Assembly: GCA_026014875.1 (NCBI GenBank)
Contig: JAOZHO010000037.1
Span: 359,819-423,818 of the forward strand
DNA from: Candidatus Bathyarchaeota archaeon
GTDB taxonomy: Archaea; Thermoproteota; Bathyarchaeia; TCS64
Direction: 5' to 3'
Length of the DNA: 64,000 bases
In this document: positions 10,380 through 19,047 of the stretch, piece after piece
How positions within the stretch are numbered: position 1 is the stretch's first letter
Layout: each line of letters opens with the position of its first letter
The notes under the pieces: model-generated
Databases searched by the model: none
What the model was told of the DNA's origin: nothing
What the model saw: the letters and a program-made list of their open reading frames with translations, nothing else
Program-made: the position numbers and the translations under genes

Positions 10380-10398
10380 AAAAGGGGCGTTCCCCTTT
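10380..10398 (-). terminator. Hairpin/U-tract immediately after ilvC stop
   Basis: Minus strand AAAGGGG-AACG-CCCCTTTT directly at the ilvC stop codon. Confidence 0.5.
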
Positions 10399-11392
10399 AT
10401 TTCTCGAGGCCCGACATCTGCCGGACCTTTTTGCCGACCTTCTCGATCTCCAGGCTCTCGCACTCCAGCATCAGCCTGTCGAACTCCTCGAGCCCCGACT
10501 CGGCCTCCTCTATCCACTGCCGGGCGAAGCTCCCGTCCTGGACGGCGTAGAGGGCCTTCCTCATGTTGTCCTCGACGTGGTCGTCTATGATCATGGGGCC
10601 GATGGCCATCCCGCCATACTTGGCGGTGTCCGAGACCGCCCGGTACATGCCGCTGATCCCGGACTTGTAGATGAGGTCCACGATGAGCTTCAGCTCGTTG
10701 AGCACCTCGAAGTAGGCGAGCTCCGGCGGGTACCCGGCCTCGGTGAGGACCTTGAAGCCCCTGCGGATGAGCTGGTCGACCCCCCCGCAGAGCACCGCCT
10801 GCTCCCCGAAGAGGTCGCTCTCGGTCTCATCCTTGAAGGTGGTCTCGATGATCCCCGCCCTACCGGAGCCCAGAGCCTTCGCGACGGCCAAGGCCTTATA
10901 CTTGGCCTGGCCCGTGGCGTCCTGGGCCACGGCGATGAGCGCCGGGACACCGAAGCCCTGCTCGTACTGGCGGCGCATCTCGGAGCCGGGGGCCTTGGGA
11001 GCGACCATGATGATGTCGACCCCCTCCGTGGGCTTGATCTGCCCGAAGTGGATGTTGAAGCCGTGGGCGAACTGCAGCGCCTTCCCCGGCTTCATCGCGA
11101 GGGCGATCTCCTCGGCGTAGACCGTGGGCTGGGCCATGTCGGGGATGAGCATCAGGACGACATCGGCCTCGTTGGCCGCGTCGATGACCGTTTTCACCGT
11201 CATGCCGTCCGCCTCCGCCTTCTCCCATGACTTCCCGGGCCTGAGGCCGACGACGACGTCGACCCCCGACTCCTTCATGTTGAGAGCCTGGGCCCGTCCC
11301 TGGTTGCCGTATCCGATGACGGCGACAGTCTTCCCTTCCAGGATCTTATCGTCTATGTCCTTGTCGTGGTATACATTGACCATTTTATTCAC
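10397..11392 (-). CDS. ilvC: Ketol-acid reductoisomerase
   Basis: VAVIGYGNQGRAQALN, FAHGFNIH, MVAPKAPG, ETESDLFGEQAVLCGG. Confidence 0.97.
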   Translation of the reverse strand: MNKMVNVYHDKDIDDKILEGKTVAVIGYGNQGRAQALNMKESGVDVVVGLRPGKSWEKAEADGMTVKTVIDAANEADVVLMLIPDMAQPTVYAEEIALAMKPGKALQFAHGFNIHFGQIKPTEGVDIIMVAPKAPGSEMRRQYEQGFGVPALIAVAQDATGQAKYKALAVAKALGSGRAGIIETTFKDETESDLFGEQAVLCGGVDQLIRRGFKVLTEAGYPPELAYFEVLNELKLIVDLIYKSGISGMYRAVSDTAKYGGMAIGPMIIDDHVEDNMRKALYAVQDGSFARQWIEEAESGLEEFDRLMLECESLEIEKVGKKVRQMSGLEK

Positions 11393-11889
11393 CTTTCCAG
11401 CTTCAGATTTCCCTTCTCGAGGGCGGTGACTCCCGTCCTGGAGATTTCTTCTATCCCTATCGGCCTAGTTTTGGATATGAACTCGTCGATCGCCTCGGGC
11501 TCCCCGGTGACCTCGGCTATGAGGGATTCGGGGTCGATGTGGAGTATCAGCCCGTGGTAGGCGTTCACGTGCCTGAGTGTCTCCTCCCGGGCCATGGGGT
11601 CCACGGTGTCCAGCTTGATGAGGACCATCTCCCGCATGATGCTCCGCATCGGGTCCAGCCGCTTCACCTTGATCACGTCCACCATCTTCTCGAGCTGGAG
11701 GACGATCTGGTTCAGCTCCTTGCTGTCCGCGTAGACGGAGACTGTCATCCGGGCCACCTGAGGGTCCTCGACGGCCCCCACCGAGATGCTCTCGATGTTG
11801 AAGCCGCGGCGCCGGAACATGTTGGAGACGTTGAAGAGGACCCCGGCCTTGTTCTCCACGAGGAACGCTATGGTGTTCAGCGGCAGCAT
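11389..11889 (-). CDS. ilvH: Acetolactate synthase small (ACT regulatory) subunit
   Basis: ATG at 11889 (MLPLNTIAFLVENKAGVL...FRRRGFNIESISVG...REMVLIK...SRTG). Confidence 0.93.
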   Translation of the reverse strand: MLPLNTIAFLVENKAGVLFNVSNMFRRRGFNIESISVGAVEDPQVARMTVSVYADSKELNQIVLQLEKMVDVIKVKRLDPMRSIMREMVLIKLDTVDPMAREETLRHVNAYHGLILHIDPESLIAEVTGEPEAIDEFISKTRPIGIEEISRTGVTALEKGNLKLER

Positions 11890-11891
11890 CT

Positions 11892-13580
11892 CTAGGCCTC
11901 CACCATCAGGTCCCTGAGCCCCTTCCCCGGGGGCACCATGGGAAACACGTTCTCCTCGGGGTCGATGGGCACGTCGATCACGGTGGTCAGGTTGTCGTCC
12001 ATGGCGGTCTGGACCGCCTTCTCGAACTCCCCGATGGTCTCCGGGCGAACCCCCACGGCTCCGTAGGCCTCCGCGAGCTTCACAAAGTCGGGGTACTCCC
12101 CCAGCTTGACGGCCATGTAGCGGCGCCCGTAGAAGAATCTCTGCCACTGGGCCACCATGCCCAGCATCCTGTTGTTGAGGACCACCACGATGACGGGGAG
12201 ATTCTCCTCGACGGCGGTCGCGAGGCTGTTCTCGGTCATCGCAAAGCTTCCGTCTCCCGCGATGTCCACGACGGGCACGTCGGGCCTAGCGGCCTTTGCG
12301 CCGATCGCGGCGGGGAAGCCCCAGCCCATGGTGCCGAGGCCGCCGGAGGTGAAGAATGTCCGGGGGGCGTAGGCGTCGAAGTAGAGGGCGGCCCACATCT
12401 GGTTTTGGCCTACCTCGGTGGTGACGAGGGCGTTCCGGGGGAGCACCTTCCTCAGGGCCTTCATGATGGCGGGGGCCCTCATGTGGGGGTTGTTGGGGCG
12501 CTCGGGGGGAGTGTACTGCTTCTTGAACTTGTTCATCTTCTTGATCCAGTCACCGTTGGCCCGGGGCTCGTAGCTCAATTTAGCTAGGCGCTCGATGATG
12601 CCCTGGAGGGCGAGCTTGGCGTCCCCGATGACCCGGGTCACCGTCTCGACGTTCTTGTCCACCTCGCTCCTGTCGATATCGATGTGGATGACCTTGGCGC
12701 CCCGGCCGAAATCCTCGAGGCGGGCCGTGGTCCGGTCCGAGAAACGGGCCCCCACCACAAGGAGGATGTCCGCGTCGGAGACCAAGAGATTGGCCTCACC
12801 TGTGCCGTGCATCCCGCAGAGCCCCGCGAAGAGAGGGTGGTCGCTGGGGACCGTTCCCTTCCCCATGAGGCTCGTGACCACGGGGGCCATGAGCATGTCC
12901 GCTATCTTGATGACCTCGGCCGAGGCGTTGGAGGAGATGACCCCTCCCCCCGCCATGATGACGGGCCTCCGGGCCTTGGAGAGAAGCGTCGCCGCCCAGT
13001 CCATCTCCCGGGGGTTCGGCTCCAAGTTCACTTTGTAGCCCCTGAAGCTCACCTCGTCTGGGAACTCGATGTCCTCGACGTCGATCTGGCAGTCCTTCGG
13101 GATGTCCACCAAGACGGCTCCCTGCCTCCCCGTGGAGGCGATGTGGAACGCCGATTTGATGGCCAGCGGGATCTCCGAAGGGCTCCTCACCTGGATGTTG
13201 TACTTGGTGGCGGAGGCGCTGATACCGATGATATCCACCTCCTGGAACGCGTCGGTCCCCACCAGGCTCAGCGGCACCTGACCGGTGAAAGCGACCACGG
13301 GAGAGGAGTCGATGTTCGCCGTCGCGATGCCCGTGACGAGGTTCGTCGCCCCGGGGCCCGAGGTCGCGAGACAGACCCCGACCCGTCCAAGGGCCCTAGC
13401 GTAGCCGTCGGCCATGTGGGCCGCGCCCTGCTCGTGACGGGCCATCACGAACCTGAGGTCGCTCCCCCAAAGCTCGTCACAGATTGGGAGCAGCGCACCC
13501 CCGGTGACGCCGAACATTATGTCGACGTTCTCACGTTTGAGGCCCTCGACGAAAGCCTTTGACCCAGACATTTCAACCAT
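11892..13580 (-). CDS. ilvB: Acetolactate synthase large subunit
   Basis: RHEQGAAHMADGYAR, TSGPGATNL, TSGGLGTMGWG, GDGSF TPP motif; ATG at 13580 preceded by GGAGG. Confidence 0.96.
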   Translation of the reverse strand: MVEMSGSKAFVEGLKRENVDIMFGVTGGALLPICDELWGSDLRFVMARHEQGAAHMADGYARALGRVGVCLATSGPGATNLVTGIATANIDSSPVVAFTGQVPLSLVGTDAFQEVDIIGISASATKYNIQVRSPSEIPLAIKSAFHIASTGRQGAVLVDIPKDCQIDVEDIEFPDEVSFRGYKVNLEPNPREMDWAATLLSKARRPVIMAGGGVISSNASAEVIKIADMLMAPVVTSLMGKGTVPSDHPLFAGLCGMHGTGEANLLVSDADILLVVGARFSDRTTARLEDFGRGAKVIHIDIDRSEVDKNVETVTRVIGDAKLALQGIIERLAKLSYEPRANGDWIKKMNKFKKQYTPPERPNNPHMRAPAIMKALRKVLPRNALVTTEVGQNQMWAALYFDAYAPRTFFTSGGLGTMGWGFPAAIGAKAARPDVPVVDIAGDGSFAMTENSLATAVEENLPVIVVVLNNRMLGMVAQWQRFFYGRRYMAVKLGEYPDFVKLAEAYGAVGVRPETIGEFEKAVQTAMDDNLTTVIDVPIDPEENVFPMVPPGKGLRDLMVEA

Positions 13581-13589
13581 TGTGATTCC

Positions 13590-13770
13590 TCCCAACTGCG
13601 ACCCTAGAAATGACTGGCGTCCCCGTCTCGTTCTCTAAAAGTTTCACGCACGGCGCCCGAAGACGTTCTGCGTAGGTTCTCTGTGGTTTAGCCTTGCGGC
13701 TAAATAAAACGATACCCCATTTACAACTCCCCCAGCGCTGGGGGATGGACAAAGCGATTCCCCATTTCAA
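13590..13770 (-). promoter_or_regulatory. Structured 5' leader of ilvBHC with tandem micro-ORFs
   Basis: uORF1 13765-13721 (MGNRFVHPPALGEL), uORF2 13720-13700 (MGYRFI), 18-bp palindrome 13728-13745, GCAA-tetraloop hairpin 13687-13704, UUCG hairpin 13646-13673. Confidence 0.55.
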
Positions 13771-13843
13771 TTTCTCCGATAAGCTAGTAGATAGGGGAGA
13801 TGGGCGCTGGGAATAAAAAGCTTACTGAGCCTCCCCGCAGACA

Positions 13844-14101
13844 CTAGCCGAGCCTGTAGACGATGTCCCCCTGCCGGACCCTGTCGTCCACCTTCATCCC
13901 GATGTCGTCCCCGGCCCCCGCCTCCTCGATGTCCGTCCCCTCGATCTGCATCGAGGCGACCTTCATCTCGTAGTTAGTGGTCATCCCCTTGATCGCGATG
14001 CTGTCCCCGACCTTGAGGGGGCCGGAGAGGTCCACCACGGCGACGCCGATTCGGGTGAAGTAGTGGGTGATCTCCCCCACTTTCTCTAAACTTTTCGACA
14101 T
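13844..14101 (-). CDS. Small translation-factor-like beta-barrel protein (EF-Tu domain II-like)
   Basis: VGEITHYFTRIGVAVV...LKVGDSI...SMQIE...GDDIGMKV...VRQGDIVY. Confidence 0.75.
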   Translation of the reverse strand: MSKSLEKVGEITHYFTRIGVAVVDLSGPLKVGDSIAIKGMTTNYEMKVASMQIEGTDIEEAGAGDDIGMKVDDRVRQGDIVYRLG

Positions 14102-14198
14102 GATTAAATCTTACAGCGCAGCCCCTAAAAGACTTTCCAGATCCCCGCCCCATCTCAAGATTTAAGCATCGCCGGCATCATGATAGACAGCGTTCAAA

Positions 14199-15416
14199 AT
14201 GAGCCATTTCACGCATCTGGAATGTTCGAAGTGCGGTCACAAGCATGACGGCGACAAGATTCAGACGGTCTGCACCGAGTGCGGTAAGCCCCTCTTCGCG
14301 AGATACGACCTCGAGTCCGTCAAAGACGCCGTCTCCCCCAAGGATTTCGTGGGGAGGGAGGCGTCGATGTGGAGGTACTGGGAATTCCTCCCGGTGAAGG
14401 ACGAGGCAAACAAGGTCAGCCTCGGCGAGGGCTGGACGCCCCTCATCCAAGTGGAGAGGCTGGGGAAGTCCATCGGGCTCCCGGACCTCTGGATCAAAGA
14501 CGAGGGGATCATCCCCACGGGCACGTTCAAGGCCCGGGGCCTCGCGATGGCGGTCTCCAAGGCCAAGGAGTTGGGCATCGAGAAGCTCGCCCTACCCTCC
14601 GCGGGGAACGCCGCCGGCTCGATGACGGCCTACGGGGCCAGGGCGGGGATGGAGAGCTACGTCTTCATGCCCATGGACGCCCCCGACGTCAACAAGATCG
14701 AGTGCCAAGTCGTGGGGGCCAAGGTATTCCTGGTGAACGGCCTCATCACCGACGCCGGTAAGATGGTGGCCGACGGGGTCCCCGAGATGGGGTGGTTCCC
14801 CCTCTCCACGCTGAAGGAGCCCTACAGGGTCGAGGGGAAGAAGACCATGGGCATCGAGGTGGCTGAGCAGTCCGGCTGGAGCCTCCCCGATGTCATCGTC
14901 TACCCCACGGGCGGGGGCACAGGCATCATCGGCATGTGGAAGGTCTTCGACGAACTCGAGGAGCTGGGCTGGATCGGGAGCGAGCGCCCCCGGATGGTCT
15001 CAGTGCAGGCCTCCGGCTGCGCCCCCATACCCAAGGCCTACGACGAGGGAAAGGAGGAGTCAGAGTTCTGGCAGGGCGCGGAGACCCTGGCAGCCGGTCT
15101 CCGAGTCCCCCACGCCCTGGGCGACTTCCTGGTCCTCAACGCCGCGAGGGAGAGCGGAGGCTCAGCCTTGGCGGTGACCGACGAGGAGATCATGGACTGT
15201 GTGGGACAGATCGCCAGGGAGGAGGGGCTCTTCATCTGCCCCGAGGGAGCCGCTACTTTTGCCGCCCTCAAACACCTGATCGGCGACGGCAAAGTGGACA
15301 AGGACGAGAAAGTGGTGCTCTTCAACACGGGCTCAGGACTCAAGTACACCGCTCTCTTCGAGGTCAAGGCCCCCGTCTTCGAAGTGGGAGAAAAGATTGA
15401 CTACAAGAGCCTCTAG
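14199..15416 (+). CDS. thrC: Threonine synthase (PLP, fold type II) with N-terminal Zn ribbon
   Basis: CxxC..CxxC, SLGEGWTPL, PTGTFKARG, SAGNA, EGKKTMG, PTGGG, FNTGSGLKY. Confidence 0.85.
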   Translation: MSHFTHLECSKCGHKHDGDKIQTVCTECGKPLFARYDLESVKDAVSPKDFVGREASMWRYWEFLPVKDEANKVSLGEGWTPLIQVERLGKSIGLPDLWIKDEGIIPTGTFKARGLAMAVSKAKELGIEKLALPSAGNAAGSMTAYGARAGMESYVFMPMDAPDVNKIECQVVGAKVFLVNGLITDAGKMVADGVPEMGWFPLSTLKEPYRVEGKKTMGIEVAEQSGWSLPDVIVYPTGGGTGIIGMWKVFDELEELGWIGSERPRMVSVQASGCAPIPKAYDEGKEESEFWQGAETLAAGLRVPHALGDFLVLNAARESGGSALAVTDEEIMDCVGQIAREEGLFICPEGAATFAALKHLIGDGKVDKDEKVVLFNTGSGLKYTALFEVKAPVFEVGEKIDYKSL

Positions 15417-15507
15417 GGGCTCCCCGCTCTTTTTTTATCCCCCGGCCTACCTTTATCTGAACCCTAGCTGAATCCCAGGCGTCCATGGGTCTTTGAGGGA
15501 GAAGAGA

Positions 15508-16305
15508 ATGAAGGATGATAATCACGTTTCGAGTCAGCATCCCCGGGCAGAGTCGATCCGGATCAGGGAGAGGCTCACCAAGCATGTCGAGACCAAGGTC
15601 TTGGCCCTTGCAGGCCTCATCGCCCACGGGAGGGGCGAGGCATTCGACTACATCCTCGGGGAGGAGACGACGCCGTCGGCCAAGGAGGCCATCACGGCCG
15701 CCGCGGCTACACTTCTCCTAGCGGAGCGCCCTGTCCTCTCGGTGAACGGGAACGTGGCAGCCCTGTGCGCCGAGGAGTTCGTCGAGCTCTCCAAGGCGAC
15801 GGGGGCCAAGCTGGAGGTGAACCTCTTCCATAGGCTCCCCGGGAGGGAGGGGGCCATCGAGGCGGTGCTCAGGGAGGCCGGGGCGGAGGAGGTCCTGGGC
15901 GTGGATGGGTCGGCCACCGCTAGGATCGACGAGGTCTTCAGCGACAGGCGGACGGTGGACCCCCGGGGAATATTCGTCGCCGACGCGGTGTTCATCCCCC
16001 TGGAGGACGGGGACAGGACCGAGGGGCTGGTCAGGATGGGGAAGAAGGTGGTGACGGTGGACCTGAACCCGATGTCCAGGACCGCCCAGTTCGCAGACGT
16101 GACCATCGTCGACAACGTAGTGAGGGCGATGCCCCTCCTGGTCTCCGAGGCTGAGAAGTTGAAAAATGAGAGCCCCGAGGCTTTGAAGGAGGTCGTGAAT
16201 TCTTACAGCAACAGGGAGGCCCTCTCGGAAGCTATGAAGACCATGCTCGAGAGGCTCGGGGAACTCTCGGAGACGGGAGTATATGTGGAACCGTCCGAGG
16301 GCTGA
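15508..16305 (+). CDS. 4-phosphopantoate--beta-alanine ligase (phosphopantothenate synthetase)
   Basis: HPRAES, GLIAHGRGEAFDY, SVNGN, PLEDGDR, DLNPMSRT. Confidence 0.93.
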   Translation: MKDDNHVSSQHPRAESIRIRERLTKHVETKVLALAGLIAHGRGEAFDYILGEETTPSAKEAITAAAATLLLAERPVLSVNGNVAALCAEEFVELSKATGAKLEVNLFHRLPGREGAIEAVLREAGAEEVLGVDGSATARIDEVFSDRRTVDPRGIFVADAVFIPLEDGDRTEGLVRMGKKVVTVDLNPMSRTAQFADVTIVDNVVRAMPLLVSEAEKLKNESPEALKEVVNSYSNREALSEAMKTMLERLGELSETGVYVEPSEG

Positions 16306-16380
16306 GGGGCATGCCGCGCGAAGGTCATTGCGCAGCGTGTTGGCACACCGTTGCGGGTTCATGTTCACGGAGGTAGAGAG

Positions 16381-17148
16381 ATGAATGTTGATGACGTGAG
16401 ACGCCTCAAAGGCGTCAGAAAGATCACCGTCCTGACGGCTTACGACTATCAGACCGCCAAGATAATCGACGCAGCGGGCATCGACATGATCCTGGTGGGA
16501 GACAGCCTCGGCATGGTGGTCCTCGGGTACGAGGACACCAAGCAGGTGACGATGGAGGACATGATCAGGCATACCCAAGCCGTCGCCAGAGGCGTCAGGT
16601 CGGCCATCGTCGTAGGGGACCTGCCCATCCACAGCTACGTCACCGTGGAGGATGCCCTCGCCAACGCTGGACGGCTCAGGGAGGCGGGCGCCCACGCCGT
16701 CAAGCTCGAGGGGAACAAGCCCGACATCGTGAAAGCCCTCATCGAGGGGGGCATCCCCGTGCAGGGGCACCTCGGGCTGCTCCCTCAGACAGCCCAGAGC
16801 ATGAAGGTGAGGGGGAAGAGGAGGAGCGAGGCCGAGCTAATCCTGGCCGACGCGAGGGAGTTGGACGCCCTCGGGGTGTTCTCCCTCGTGCTGGAGTGCA
16901 TCCCCATGGATCTTGCGAGGCGGACCACCGAGGCCGTGGAGACGCCCACCATAGGCATCGGGGCGGGAGTCCACTGCGACGGCCAAGTCCTCGTGGTGAA
17001 TGACATGATCGGGATGGATGATGGCTACTGCCCCAGGCACGCGAATGTCTATCTCAACCTCAACGACCTGATCGGGAAGGCCGTAAAGAGCTATATCGAG
17101 GACGTGAAGGCGGAGAGGTTCCCAGAGGACAGGCACTCGATCCACTGA
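16381..17148 (+). CDS. panB: 3-methyl-2-oxobutanoate hydroxymethyltransferase
   Basis: LTAYDY, ILVGDSLGMV, AVKLEG, GHLGLLPQ, IGIGAG...DGQVLV. Confidence 0.96.
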   Translation: MNVDDVRRLKGVRKITVLTAYDYQTAKIIDAAGIDMILVGDSLGMVVLGYEDTKQVTMEDMIRHTQAVARGVRSAIVVGDLPIHSYVTVEDALANAGRLREAGAHAVKLEGNKPDIVKALIEGGIPVQGHLGLLPQTAQSMKVRGKRRSEAELILADARELDALGVFSLVLECIPMDLARRTTEAVETPTIGIGAGVHCDGQVLVVNDMIGMDDGYCPRHANVYLNLNDLIGKAVKSYIEDVKAERFPEDRHSIH

Positions 17149-17197
17149 CGCAGCGCAACCCTTATCACGGAAATCCGGGGGCACATGATCGATCGAG

Positions 17198-18103
17198 TTG
17201 AAGGAAGCCTCAGCCTTCGCCCCCGGACACATCACTGGATTCTTCCAGATCTGCGACGAACCGGAAGACCCCCTACATAAGGGCTCCCGGGGCGCAGGGT
17301 TCTCCATAAGCATAGGAATCCAGACGAAGGTTCGGGTGGAGCCCGCGGAGAGAGACATCATCAGCGTCGTCATGAACGGCAGAGTCACCGGGAAGGCGGT
17401 CGTCTCTGAGAACGTGGTCAGACGGATGCTCGCGATGGCGGAGAAGCCTCAGAGGGTCGAGGTGACCCACGAGATCGAGACCCCGATAGGGGCGGGGTAC
17501 GGCTCCAGCGGGGGCGGCGCTTTGACCATCGCGCTGGCGATGAACGATGCCCTGGGGCTGGGCCTTTCATATGTGGACGCCTCGAAGGTCGCCCATCTCG
17601 CCGAGATAGAGTGCAAGACGGGGCTGGGGACCGTGTTCGCAGCAACGCAAGGGGGATTCGGAGTCCTGTACAAACCCGGGGCTCCGGGGATAGGGGAGGC
17701 CATAAAGTACGACAGGAGCGAAGAGCTGACAGCCTTCTGCGTCCATTTCGGGCCCATCTCCACGAGCGAGGCTCTCTCCGACCCGGATCTCCGTCGTAGG
17801 ATTAATGACCTAGGCGGGAATTTCGTCGATGAGATCAGGGGAAATCTGGGCCCCTCCCGGTTCATGGAGCTCTCCAGGGAGTTCACCGACTACGTGGGCA
17901 TCACGACGCCCCGGCTCAAGGTCGTCCTCGACGCCGCGGATAAAGCGGGGGTGCCATGCTCCATGGCCATGTTCGGCGAGGCCCTCTTCTCACTGGTGGA
18001 GAAAGACGAGGCGGGGAGGGTCGCAGAGTTCTATCGTAGAGCAGTCCCCGGCCAGAATTTCAGAGCTTTGTCTATCGATGAACGCGGTGCCCATCTACTC
18101 TAG
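17198..18103 (+). CDS. Pantoate kinase (GHMP family)
   Basis: AFAPGHITGFF, GSRGAG, PIGAGYGSSG, AHLAEIECKTGLG; in operon with pps and panB. Confidence 0.92.
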   Translation: MKEASAFAPGHITGFFQICDEPEDPLHKGSRGAGFSISIGIQTKVRVEPAERDIISVVMNGRVTGKAVVSENVVRRMLAMAEKPQRVEVTHEIETPIGAGYGSSGGGALTIALAMNDALGLGLSYVDASKVAHLAEIECKTGLGTVFAATQGGFGVLYKPGAPGIGEAIKYDRSEELTAFCVHFGPISTSEALSDPDLRRRINDLGGNFVDEIRGNLGPSRFMELSREFTDYVGITTPRLKVVLDAADKAGVPCSMAMFGEALFSLVEKDEAGRVAEFYRRAVPGQNFRALSIDERGAHLL

Positions 18104-18137
18104 AAGCCGGTGTCAGCTCTCAAGCATCGGTGAGGGC

Positions 18138-18395
18138 TCAGATGATCTGGGGGAGGAAAACCTCGGCTATGTTGTGGGGCATCTTCTGGGGTTTCACCAC
18201 ATTCTTTCCCATGGCGAGGAAGTTGCCGTAGGCCTCCGTCTCGAAGATGCCCACGTAGTTCCACTTCTCGTTCATGGAGCCGTAGAGGCCCTTGTACTCG
18301 ACGCCAGTCTTTTCGCAGGCCTCCTTTATCTTGGTCTCCCACTCTTTGAGCTCCTTGGAGTTGCCCACCCAGTCGAAGTAGAGCAGTATCATCAT
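18138..18395 (-). CDS. Small hypothetical protein (possibly ferredoxin-like/GYD-like fold)
   Basis: Clean ORF with genome-typical codon usage; no firm motif. Confidence 0.6.
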   Translation of the reverse strand: MMILLYFDWVGNSKELKEWETKIKEACEKTGVEYKGLYGSMNEKWNYVGIFETEAYGNFLAMGKNVVKPQKMPHNIAEVFLPQII

Positions 18396-18559
18396 TTCAG
18401 ATACCTTTCCCCATGCCAACATAAGTCAAAGATATAATGCTTTCGATCTTGGGCTAGATTCAGCGTCTCGGGTCGGAATGAAGGGGTTTGAGGACGTGGG
18501 CTCCTATATTCATGCTTAGAAGCAAGGCTACAGAGGAGGTGCCTCCCGGGGTCACCCTT

Positions 18560-18930
18560 TCAGGTTTCCCAGCCGTCGTTGATCAGGTAGAGGGGCTTCT
18601 CACCGTTCACCATACGCGCGAGGTTGTCGGCGATCTGCTCAGTGAACTGGTTCTCTGCGTTCCAAGTTCCGCTGGTGATGTGGGGAGTCAGGATCACGTT
18701 GTCGATGCACTTGAATGTCTGTCTGAGAGCCTCCTGCTCGTCAGGGTTCCGCTGAATGTCTACTCCGGCACCCCACAACTCCCCCCCGTAACGTGTCGGC
18801 GAGGACCCGCTCATCCCCCGGGTCTCCTCGGTGAGTGGCGCGTTGATGCGGATAATCTGCGAGTTCCTAAGGAGGTCTTCAAGGGTCCCGTAATCGACCC
18901 CGAGGGCCGCCTCTCGAGCCTCGAAGAGTG
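18560..18930 (-). pseudogene. Remnant of D-isomer-specific 2-hydroxyacid dehydrogenase
   Basis: LEDLLRNSQIIRINAPLTEETRGM joined by an internal deletion to DERVLADTLRGG / LWGAGVD ... NVILTPH; N-terminal half absent. Confidence 0.75.
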
Positions 18931-19047
18931 GGATTTGGGAGTTTTTTCTTTACCGGTTTCTTGCAGATTCGGGTTCCTGAGCCCGGGGAGTTCTTCCACT
19001 CAAAATAAATAGGGGCCTATAACTATGTCTCACTCAAGGTATCGAAA

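Noticed and set aside
10160-10380. SRP RNA, RNase P RNA or lysine riboswitch
   Set aside because: Hallmark motifs (SRP helix 8, RNase P GAGGAAAGTCC, lysine aptamer core) were not found on either strand.
13687-13767. Mini CRISPR array (two repeats with hairpins)
   Set aside because: Only two imperfect ~17-nt units, the hairpins lie outside the repeat, and there are no cas genes.
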